Positions 39,160 through 47,777 of a stretch of 64,000 nucleotides of DNA are shown in pieces. A program made the position numbers and the translations under genes. Numbering within the stretch: the first letter of the stretch is position 1; every line of letters begins with the position of its first letter. Under the pieces are notes generated by a model. The model did no database searches and was not told where the DNA came from. It worked only from the letters and a program-made list of their open reading frames with translations. Where the stretch lies: NCBI GenBank assembly GCA_963727445.1, contig CAVSGI010000006.1, positions 576,001 to 640,000 of the forward strand, written 5' to 3'. Source of the DNA: an uncultured delta proteobacterium (GTDB taxonomy: Bacteria > Myxococcota_A > Polyangia > Polyangiales > B10-G4).

Positions 39160-41350
39160 TCAGCCGCCGATGCCACCGCCGAGATCCAGGTCGGGTAGGG
39201 GGAGGGCGTCGGTTTGAAGGCTGGTTTCGTTGTCCTGGTAGTGCATGCTCTCGGCGGTGAGCGACGTGAGGTCGAAGCCGGGCCCCGAGATGCAAGCGCC
39301 GATGGTGTTGTCCTCGATGTACCCGTCGGAGACCGTCAGAGTCGTGTCGCTCTCTCCGCCGCTGTCGAAGACGTAGAATCCCGCAGGTGGCGTTGTTGCC
39401 GCTCAGGAAACGCGAAAAGGTTGCGGCTGCGTCGGCGACGACCACCCCATGGCCCCGCGCCCCGGCGCCCGTTCTCGCGACGTTCGAGACGGTGAAGTCG
39501 TGGGCCTCGAGGGTGGCTTTCGTGACGACCAGCCCGTACTCGCGAAGGTCGTCCATCTGCACCCGCTCGAGCTCCGTTCGCGAGCTCGCCTGCGCCTGAA
39601 CGGCTCGGCCACCGACGCCATCGGGGGTGCCCGTGACGTGACGCACCACCACGTCGCTCAGCGACATCAGCGAGCCGCTGTGTTGTGCCAGCACTCCCAC
39701 GTCCACCAGATCCTCGAGCAGAGCGCGCGACAATCGAAGGGACGAGCCGAAGACGATGTTGGCGGCCCGCCCGCCGAAGCCGCCGGCCCCGGGGTGGTTG
39801 TTTCGAATCACGACGTCCGTGAGGTCGATCTGCGCGTTGTTCTGGCCGTTGATGGCCGTGGCGTAGCCGCCGTCGAAGCGCCCCCGGCTCACGGTGACCG
39901 AGGCGCTGTCGGCGTGAAGGTGGACGCCAATCTTGCCGCCCTCGTTGCTCGTCGCTTCGATGGAGAAGTCGCTCAGCTCCACCCTCGCTCCCGTCAACAA
40001 CACGAGCCCGCCGTCCTGGACGCGGGCGACCGCGACCCGCGATCCGGTGAAGGTGCTCTCCGATTCGACTACGAATCCACGGCCGGTCATGGGCACGGAA
40101 GAGGGAGTGCTGTCGCGCACCACCAGGTCGGTGACGTCCAAAGAGCTGGCATTTACGACCGATACCGAGAAGACGTCGACGCCCGACAGCACCACGCGCT
40201 CCGCCTCGAGCGTGCCGCCGACATCGACCAGGATCCCGTATCCCCTGGGGTTGCCCCTCGGCGCGGCGACGTCGCGGATCACCACGTCCGAGAGGCTCGC
40301 GGATGCCTCGAGGTCGGCGACGCCCGCTTCGGCGCAGCGCTCGACGAGGACTCGCGAGAGCGTGAGTGTCGCCCCCATGTCGACGTTGAACGCCCGCCCT
40401 CCTTCTCCGCTCGCCGGCACCGTGTCCAAGACCGCGGCGTCGCTCATGGACACCGCGACCCCTTCGCCCCGAATGATGACGCCGCCCTTGGTGCTGTTGC
40501 GGATGACGAGGCGCTGCGCGTCGATGGTGCCCCCGAGGAGAAGAAAGGCGAGACCTTGGCCGAGCTGGGGTGTCACGTTTTCGATCAGAACGTCGGCGAC
40601 CTCGAGATGCGCGTCGCCGGCGCTCACGGCGAAGGCCTCTCGTAGCACTCCGTCGACGACGACGCCCTCTACGCGCAGGTGTCCAGTGCCGAGTTGAACA
40701 CCGCGCTGAGGCGCGCCGCGGATCGTCACGTTGCGGAGCACCGCTGGATCACCGTCGGCGGTGACCGTCACCACCTGCGCCACGGGCGCGTCGACACCGG
40801 TGAGTACGGTTCGGGCCGCGCAGGCGCCGACGACCTCGACGCCAGGACGCAGCGGGAGCGAGCCCGCGTAGGTCCCGGGCCCCAGCGCCACCACCGTCCC
40901 CGAGCCGAGAGAGCTCCAGTTGACCTGCGACAGCGATGTGTAGGGCGCGCCCCGGCTCCCGTCGCCATTTGCTGCTGCGCTTTCGAGCACGTAGATGGTT
41001 CCGGAGACTTCGGCGAATTCGCCCGAGGGGCACACGTCGCCCACGGGCCGGCAGCCCGCCTCACCGACGAAGTGCGCTTCACCGTCGGCGCAATCCGCCG
41101 GGCCGCCTTCTGGGTAGGGGTCGCATTCGACGATCCCGTCGACTGTCACCTCGCGCCATCCCGACGGACACGGCGTCAGCACCGGCGCGGCAACCGGCGG
41201 CTCGCCCTCCGCGAGCCACGGGATCTGTGGTGGCGTGACGCGCTCCTCCACCATCGAGGCGTCGCCGCCGGCATCTGCGCTCGAGTCCGGACCGGAGCAC
41301 CCGGCCACGAGGCTGAAGATCACTGCGACGGCGGCGCGCGGAGACACCAC
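39160..41350 (-). CDS. Parallel beta-helix lipoprotein, split by one extra base at ~39381
   Basis: Lipobox LVAGC; GDGSRGAPY, VVGACA; beta-helix repeats; the shifted frame gives DGYIEDNTIGAC..GFDL..LQTDALPLP, matching the paralog at 43320. Confidence 0.78.
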
Positions 41351-41397
41351 CAGATCATACTCGAACGCGCGCGCAGGCTTCTGGCATTCTGCGGTCG

Positions 41398-42120
41398 GTG
41401 CGGATCACGGGGCAGAGCAGGTGTCCTCGCTGTGGGCTGCCGGCGCCGGACGCGAAGCCCTGTGCGCGGCACGTGCTCGTCTCGGGTCGTCGCGTGGCGT
41501 TCGGCCAGTCGAGCCAGCTCGCGTTCACCATGACCCTGAGCGGGATCCTGATCGGCATCGTCCCTTCGGTGCTCGTGGGGATGGCGTTCCACGGCGGCAT
41601 CGGCGCCTGCTCGTTCTTCGGGTTCGGGCCGCTGTGTGGCGTGCTGCTCGGCTACGTGGGGTCGCGCATCGCGGAGCGGCGCGAAGAGGCGAGGCAGCGA
41701 GCGCTTCGGGAGGCCGCGAAGCGCGCTGCGTCGACGCTCCCCTGGGCGTCGGACGAGGGGGAGGGGAGGGTCCGGATACGCGGGCGGATCCGCGTCCTCC
41801 GCAGCGTGACGGATCCCCTCTTGAAGACGCCGGTCGCGGCGGCCACCGACTATCGCGGCGAGCGGGTCTGCGGCCGCTTCGAGGTGGTGGGGGACGGCGT
41901 CGTGGGCGTGGTCGACGACGACTTGATCGAGCTCTGGGACGATTGGGGCTGGACCGTCAGGCTGAACGACGGAGACGAAGTCGAGGTCGCGGGGGAGGCG
42001 AAGCGCGGGCCCCTCGACGATGGTGAGGAGGGCTATCGCGACACGGCGATGGGGATGATCTTCGACGGGCGCCCCGGCCAGCCGGTGCACGTATTCCTCG
42101 TCCGCCCGTCCGGGTTTTGA
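41398..42120 (+). CDS. Hypothetical membrane protein
   Basis: N-terminal CPRC..C..H, two TM segments, beta-rich C-terminus with GDEVEVAG..GYRD. Confidence 0.6.
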   Translation: MRITGQSRCPRCGLPAPDAKPCARHVLVSGRRVAFGQSSQLAFTMTLSGILIGIVPSVLVGMAFHGGIGACSFFGFGPLCGVLLGYVGSRIAERREEARQRALREAAKRAASTLPWASDEGEGRVRIRGRIRVLRSVTDPLLKTPVAAATDYRGERVCGRFEVVGDGVVGVVDDDLIELWDDWGWTVRLNDGDEVEVAGEAKRGPLDDGEEGYRDTAMGMIFDGRPGQPVHVFLVRPSGF

Positions 42121-43210
42121 GAGCGCATCTCCAGTGCCTGGTCCAATGACGTAGAAGGGTTCTCGCTCGTTCGTCGGCCGCCTCGCGGCGTCGGGAAACC
42201 TCGAATGTGCGCGGACCCTCGGTCTCAGTCGTAGCGGGCGATCGAAAGAGATCCGAAGCGTCTACGGGAAGGTCACAAGGGCGCACGCCCGCGTCGACGG
42301 CGACGAGCACCTCGCCCCAGACGCCCTGCGCATGTGGGGTCTGCGTGTGGTCTGCGCCACGCACGAATCGACCGCTCCCCTCCGGCACCTCTCGCCCGAC
42401 CACGCCTCGCACGACGAAAGCGCTCGGCAGCGGGCCCCAGGCGACCAGGAGGGTCTGGATGTCGCCCAGACTCTCGAGGAAGCGCGTCTGCATTTCGTTC
42501 AGGGCGCCCGGGTTGGGCGACGCCGGGACGGGCCCGCCGTCTTCCGCGCTCGCCCGGGCCAGCTCGATGCCCACCGCCACGTCGACCACGGCGTCGCCCG
42601 GCAGGTTGGACTCGTCGCCCGCCACGGCCACGACGAGCTCGAGCGCTGCAGCGGTCTCTCGGAGGTCGCCGAGTTCGGCCGAGTCGAGAGCCATGGACGC
42701 ACGTGCACCACGAATCAGGGCCGCGGTGGCGTGCTCGGCGCCGAGCGCGCGCACGGCGGGCGGCTTCCCATCGCTCAGCGCCGCGAGGCGCGCTTCGAGA
42801 CGGAGGAGCTGCGCGTGCGGCTCCGGATACATGTCAGCGTCGACCTGGGTCAGGAGCGCGCTCACGAAACCGTGCGCTGACAGCTTTTGATTCGGCAGCC
42901 GGACGAAACGAGTGAAATCCGCTCCGGCGTGCTCGAAGAAGCCGCGCGGCGCCACCGCCTCGTCTGCGGCGCAGCCGGCGGTGACGTACGCATCGACCAC
43001 CGCGTTCTGAAAGTCTTCGGTCGCGGCGATGGTGGCCGGCGCGCCGGCGCTGAAGAGCCGACCCCAGCGGCTGATCAGGTAGACCAGGAGCATGTTGCAG
43101 CCCGCCTCCGAGCGGACCTCCGCGAGGTCACCGCTTCGGATCTCGTCGAGAGCCTGGGGATCCTCGCGCTCGGCGCGACCGAGCTTTTCCGCGCGGTAGA
43201 CGTGTTGCAT
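41957..43210 (-). CDS. Hypothetical protein (3' end overlaps the convergent gene)
   Basis: Most protein-like frame across 42120-43210; start at MQHVYRAE inferred; no motif recognised. Confidence 0.45.
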   Translation of the reverse strand: MQHVYRAEKLGRAEREDPQALDEIRSGDLAEVRSEAGCNMLLVYLISRWGRLFSAGAPATIAATEDFQNAVVDAYVTAGCAADEAVAPRGFFEHAGADFTRFVRLPNQKLSAHGFVSALLTQVDADMYPEPHAQLLRLEARLAALSDGKPPAVRALGAEHATAALIRGARASMALDSAELGDLRETAAALELVVAVAGDESNLPGDAVVDVAVGIELARASAEDGGPVPASPNPGALNEMQTRFLESLGDIQTLLVAWGPLPSAFVVRGVVGREVPEGSGRFVRGADHTQTPHAQGVWGEVLVAVDAGVRPCDLPVDASDLFRSPATTETEGPRTFEVSRRREAADERARTLLRHWTRHWRCALKTRTGGRGIRAPAGRGARRRSSPSPCRDSPPHHRRGARASPPPRPRLRLRRSA

Positions 43211-43319
43211 CTGCGCGGGAGCGTACGTGCGGCTTCCGGTTCGCTCAAGCACGCCGCGTCCGCCTCGCTGAGTCGAACAGTGGTGGTGGCCGCGACCTGA
43301 TGGAGCATACTCTGGGTTC

Positions 43320-45134
43320 GTGCGCGGAGTCCTCGGCATCGTGCTGCTCTCGGCGGTCGCTTGCAGCGACGACGCGGCACCGCCCGCAGACGCTTCCGTG
43401 GACACCGCGACGGTCGACGCGCCGCCCGTCGATTCCGGGCCCCTGGTCACGCCGATAGAGGAAGCTGCGCCGCCGAGCTTCGCTCCATGTCCGTCCGGGT
43501 GGCGAACCACCGCGCATCCCACCCTTGGCCTGGACGTCTGCGAGCCGTGGCCCGCCTCCGGTCGTGCGACCTGCGCTGCGCACGAGATCCATCTACCCGG
43601 GAGCGCGGGGTGTCAGCGGGTCGGCTCTGCCTGTCCTTCCGACGGATGGCCCGCGTCGCTGCCGCCGGGTGAGGTGCTCTTCGTTCGCGCGGGCGCGGCC
43701 GCGGGCGGCGACGGGTCGCGCGCGGCTCCCTTCGGCACCGTGTCAGAAGCCCTCGACGCGGCCGCAGGCGGAACGACCCTCGCCCTCGCCGTCGGGGACT
43801 ACGACGAGGGAGTCGTCGTCTCGGGCCTCCACTCCATCGTCGGTGCCTGCGCCGAGGGAGTCGTGCTCCACCGCACGGACTCCGCCGGCGGGCTTCCGAT
43901 CATCGAGGTCTCCCGCGAGGCGAGCGTCGACCTCCGGGACGTGACCCTGCGCTCCGATCGCGACGATCTCTTCCATGCGACCCAGGCCAACGTCACCATC
44001 CGAAGCGTCGTCTTCGACGGTGTGGGGCTGAGTCAGTACGGCGGCGAAGCCAGCGTCGAAGACGCGCGCTTCGCGGGGCCTGTCAGCGCCGCGCTCTCCG
44101 CCGTGTCCATCTCGAGCGTCGATGTCGCCCACGTGTCTCGGTTGGTCGTCACGGATTCCGACGCCAATGGCGTGACGATCCTCGGCGACGAAGTGACGGT
44201 TTCGGACGTGGCGGTGGCCCACGCCCAATCCGTCGGCTTTCAGGTCACCGCCGCTGTGTCGGCGACGATCGAGCGGGTCGTGGTGGAAGACGTGATGGAT
44301 CTCGGCGTCAGCTTGGATGGGCCGATGACCGTCGCCGATCTGCTCGTGCGGAGAGTCGTCAGAAGCGAGATGGGTGTGGCTGGCGGGCTCGGGACCGTGG
44401 GGGACGTGACGCTCTCCCGGGTACGCGTCGAAGACGCCGGGGACGTCGCGGCGTCCATGGTGGAGGGGATGGTCGAGGTCGACGACCTGGTCATCTTCGG
44501 CGGTCGAGAGGGCGGGGGGTACGAGCGCGGACTGGAGCTCGGAGGGGCGGCGCAGATCGCCATGAACCGCGCGGTCCTCGGCTCGTTGCACGATATCGCT
44601 TTTCTGGTCTTCGACGAGGGCACGGCCGTCGAGCTCTCCGACGTCCGGGTGGAAGACGTCGCCAGCGGGCCTGGCGGGAGATTCGGCCGCTGCCTGCACG
44701 CGCAGCAGGGCTCCAGCGTGACGGCGATCCGCACCCGATTCACCCGCTGTCGCGAGGCCGCGGTCACCGCGTCGTATGGCGCGCGCGTGCAACTGAGAGA
44801 TGCCGTGGTCGAGCACATCCTACCCCTCGACTGCGCGACGGCGGGCTGCCCCGACGCGCAGGCCGGGATCGGCTTCGTCGCGCTCGAAGGGGAGGGGGCC
44901 ATCGACGTCGAGCGCTTCTCGGTGAGCGATGTCGCGCTCGCGGCGGTGCAGGTGATCGAGGGCGGGGGCATCGATCTGCGGGACGGAACGATTCGGGACA
45001 ACCCCGTCGGGATCAACATCCAGGTGGATGGATACGACCTCGCTCGCCTCATGGACCGCGTGGTCTTCGAGAACAACGGTCTGAACCTCGACACCGCAGA
45101 GCTCCCCGTCCCTGCCGCCAGCGCCGGGCCCTGA
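43320..45134 (+). CDS. Parallel beta-helix lipoprotein (paralog of 39160-41350)
   Basis: Lipobox AVAC; PCPSGWR..CEPWP..C..VG..CP; GDGSRAAPF; IVGACA; GYDLARL..LDTAELPVP. Confidence 0.8.
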   Translation: MRGVLGIVLLSAVACSDDAAPPADASVDTATVDAPPVDSGPLVTPIEEAAPPSFAPCPSGWRTTAHPTLGLDVCEPWPASGRATCAAHEIHLPGSAGCQRVGSACPSDGWPASLPPGEVLFVRAGAAAGGDGSRAAPFGTVSEALDAAAGGTTLALAVGDYDEGVVVSGLHSIVGACAEGVVLHRTDSAGGLPIIEVSREASVDLRDVTLRSDRDDLFHATQANVTIRSVVFDGVGLSQYGGEASVEDARFAGPVSAALSAVSISSVDVAHVSRLVVTDSDANGVTILGDEVTVSDVAVAHAQSVGFQVTAAVSATIERVVVEDVMDLGVSLDGPMTVADLLVRRVVRSEMGVAGGLGTVGDVTLSRVRVEDAGDVAASMVEGMVEVDDLVIFGGREGGGYERGLELGGAAQIAMNRAVLGSLHDIAFLVFDEGTAVELSDVRVEDVASGPGGRFGRCLHAQQGSSVTAIRTRFTRCREAAVTASYGARVQLRDAVVEHILPLDCATAGCPDAQAGIGFVALEGEGAIDVERFSVSDVALAAVQVIEGGGIDLRDGTIRDNPVGINIQVDGYDLARLMDRVVFENNGLNLDTAELPVPAASAGP

Positions 45135-45270
45135 GGGCCGGCCGCACTCTCGGTCACTGACCGATTCTCCTCGGGGGAGCTCGGGGAGGTGCGCATTCGT
45201 CGTCTCGTAGGACCCGCCGAACACGCGACGGCCCGCTGGCCGGCGCATCGACCAAAGAAACGAGACCAAC

Positions 45271-46671
45271 ATGAAAACGAGCACACTCCTGTCCATCGCC
45301 GCCCTCGCCCTCGCGACGGCATGCGCCGCCGAGGCCGCGCACCCCAGCGCCGAATTCTCCGGCTCGGCGGCAGACCTCGACGCCACCGACGCCGAAGCGA
45401 CCGCGATGCTGCGTGTCGCCAACGAATCGAGCTTCGACACCCTCGACCTCGACGTCGGGCTCGACCGACGCGCCGCTCGAAACATCGTGGACACGCGCGG
45501 CACCGGCTTCACCACCCTCGAGGCGCTCGACGCCGTACCCTGGGTGGGACCGGTCGCTCTCTCGCTGCTCCTCGACTACGCCTACGCCGAAGACATGGTC
45601 GAAGAGGATCCCGCGGCCGTGTACGGCATCGCCGAGGGCTCGCCGGAGGCGCACGGCGTCCTCACGGTGGCCAACACGCTGGACCAGACCACCCTCGACG
45701 ATGCGGTGCGTCTCGACAGTCGGGCGGCGGCCAACATCGTGGCCCTCAGAGGAACGGGCTTCCCCAGCCTGGCCGCGCTCGACGAGGTCCCCTACGTCGC
45801 CGAGCGAGCCTTCGGGAAGCTGCTCGCGTACGCCACTGACAACGGCTACGTGGTGGACCCGTCGGTGGTCGAGTTCGAGGGAGCCGAGCAGTGCAACTCG
45901 AGCGGTGAGTACTACGGCTTCTTCGTCATCTCCGATCCCCCCGCCGCCACGAGCGACGGGCGCATCACGCTGACCTTCCGAAGCGGGAGCCCCTACGGTC
46001 CGCGACCCTTCGACATCGCGATCGAGACGGCGCCCGACGAATGGACGGTGGTCGCGACGACCGTCGGTGCGGTCTCCGAGAGCCAGACGCAGACCTTCCC
46101 CATCTCCGCCGACACCCTGAACGAAGCGATGGGCGCGCTGGGCTGGGTGCGCTTTCGCGTGAACCCGGGCACGGCGTACCTCGCCTGCAGTCAGCTCTCC
46201 CTCACCTACAACTGTCCGAGCTGCCTCGCCTGCCCCGAGGGTGAGGTCGATCGCGGCTTCGGCTGCGAGGCGGCTGACGCCGGCTACGACCGTACGATCC
46301 TCGATCACTCGACGGGCGCCTGCTCCTACCGCGGCGGCGACCTGACCTTCTCCGGCGCCCCCGAGGCGGGCAGCGACGGGACGCTCAGCTTCGACTACGT
46401 GGTCTGCGACGGCGGCAGCGCATCGGTCCGCATGTACACCGACAACGCCGGCTGGGTCTCCATCGGCAGCGACGCCACCGGCCTCTCCTGCGGCTTCACC
46501 ACCGCGACCATGACCATCCCCGAGGCGTATCTCGATCACGCGCGGAACGAAGCCGGGGAGATCCAGATCCGCTACTCCCTGAGCGACCGTTGCGTCGCAG
46601 GGGTCGGCTGCTCCGGCTACAACGATCCGTGCATCCGGCGGATGCGGCTGCAATACGGTCCCCAGCTCTGA
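45271..46671 (+). CDS. Lipoprotein with two helix-hairpin-helix-like domains and two Cys-containing beta domains
   Basis: Lipobox LATAC; duplicated LD..V.LD.RAA.NIV..RGTGF..L.ALD.VP.V; duplicated P.A.SDG module. Confidence 0.75.
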   Translation: MKTSTLLSIAALALATACAAEAAHPSAEFSGSAADLDATDAEATAMLRVANESSFDTLDLDVGLDRRAARNIVDTRGTGFTTLEALDAVPWVGPVALSLLLDYAYAEDMVEEDPAAVYGIAEGSPEAHGVLTVANTLDQTTLDDAVRLDSRAAANIVALRGTGFPSLAALDEVPYVAERAFGKLLAYATDNGYVVDPSVVEFEGAEQCNSSGEYYGFFVISDPPAATSDGRITLTFRSGSPYGPRPFDIAIETAPDEWTVVATTVGAVSESQTQTFPISADTLNEAMGALGWVRFRVNPGTAYLACSQLSLTYNCPSCLACPEGEVDRGFGCEAADAGYDRTILDHSTGACSYRGGDLTFSGAPEAGSDGTLSFDYVVCDGGSASVRMYTDNAGWVSIGSDATGLSCGFTTATMTIPEAYLDHARNEAGEIQIRYSLSDRCVAGVGCSGYNDPCIRRMRLQYGPQL

Positions 46672-46680
46672 GCGAGGTCC

Positions 46681-46726
46681 GGGGGCGGAGGCGACGCGGA
46701 TCTGGATCCGGGTCGCCGCCGCTCCC
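46681..46726. terminator. Long imperfect inverted repeat between convergent genes (bidirectional terminator or REP-like)
   Basis: GGGGGCGGAGGCGACGCGGATC-tg-GATCCGGGTCGCCGCCGCTCCC; 22-bp arms with 3 differences; no U-tract. Confidence 0.55.
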
Positions 46727-46742
46727 GAGCTGGCCCATCGAT

Positions 46743-47246
46743 TCAGTCGTCGTGAAAGATGGGCTCGCGAATGCTCGCGAACTCCTGAATCGTCGCGAGG
46801 GCCTCGTCGCTCAGGCGGGTGAAGCGGATGCCCATCCCGGCGCTCAGCTCGCTGTCGAAGGTCACCCCCTGACGCGTCCACGCGACCTCCCCTTCGGCCT
46901 CGACCTCCAGGCCGCCCGGAAACGAAAAGGACAGGGTCACGGCGGTCCCGATGGGCAGCAGCGAGACCGTCGTCAGGAAGATGCCGCCCTCCGAGACGTC
47001 CCCGGAGAAGCCAACGAAGAAGTTCGTCTCGGTGCGCAGGCCGATCTCCACTGCGATGCGGGCCCGATGTGCCTGACGGCGTTCGTCTTCGACCTTGGGG
47101 GGCGGCTCGGAGAGCTCGGTGAACCACTCTCGGTAATAGCTGGTGAGCTCGGCTTTGGTGTTTCCCTGACCGTGCACGATGCCGCGCCACCGAAGCTCGG
47201 CAAACATCTCCTCCTTGGTCAGCTTTGCGAAGTCGTCGGGCGTCAT
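46743..47246 (-). CDS. TIGR02266-type PilZ protein with N-terminal HeH/SAP-like motif
   Basis: ERRQAHR (RxxxR), DVSEGGIF (DxSxxG), GEVAW, GMGIRF; N-terminus LTKEEMFAELRWRGI....TKAEL. Confidence 0.85.
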   Translation of the reverse strand: MTPDDFAKLTKEEMFAELRWRGIVHGQGNTKAELTSYYREWFTELSEPPPKVEDERRQAHRARIAVEIGLRTETNFFVGFSGDVSEGGIFLTTVSLLPIGTAVTLSFSFPGGLEVEAEGEVAWTRQGVTFDSELSAGMGIRFTRLSDEALATIQEFASIREPIFHDD

Positions 47247-47247
47247 C

Positions 47248-47706
47248 TCAGTGGCAGTTGGAGAAGTCGAGGTCGCCTCGCACCATGCCGCCCGAGTGCA
47301 GCGCGCAATCGAAACGCGCGTGCCCCCGCATCACGCGAACGCCGTTGATGAGGGTGTTCGTCGGCTGCACCAGGACGTCGAGTGTCGAGCAGTTGTCGCG
47401 GCTGAGCTGGAGGCCTTCGCCGGGGGTGGCGGCGTTCACCAGCGTCAGCGTCGGTCCCTGTCCGGGGTTGGGGTTCTCGACGATCCGCATCACCACCTGC
47501 TGGTCCGCCGACCCCACGTCCACCCCGAGGAAGTACTCCCGCGCGCCCGACTCGCAGATGGTCATCGGCGCGTCGAAGGAGCCGATCCCGGTGTCCTTGA
47601 CGGCGACCGCGCCGGTCACGTGAGACCGAAACGCTCCACAGCCGGCCCAGGCGAAAGCCACGGCGAGGATGGCGAGGGTCGAGGTGCACCGCGCGAAACG
47701 AGTCAT
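47248..47706 (-). CDS. Small hypothetical lipoprotein
   Basis: Lipobox AWAGC; ends 1 bp before the PilZ gene start. Confidence 0.7.
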   Translation of the reverse strand: MTRFARCTSTLAILAVAFAWAGCGAFRSHVTGAVAVKDTGIGSFDAPMTICESGAREYFLGVDVGSADQQVVMRIVENPNPGQGPTLTLVNAATPGEGLQLSRDNCSTLDVLVQPTNTLINGVRVMRGHARFDCALHSGGMVRGDLDFSNCH

Positions 47707-47777
47707 GTGCCGAAGGCCAGAATACGCCCCTCCTGACGACGAACGAACCGTAATCGCCTTTCGTTTCGGTCCTGGCC

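Noticed and set aside
31856..41350. Short precursor peptide for the radical SAM operon
   Set aside because: Intergenic gaps are 16 bp or less, and the short ORFs in the track are shadows of the enzyme genes.
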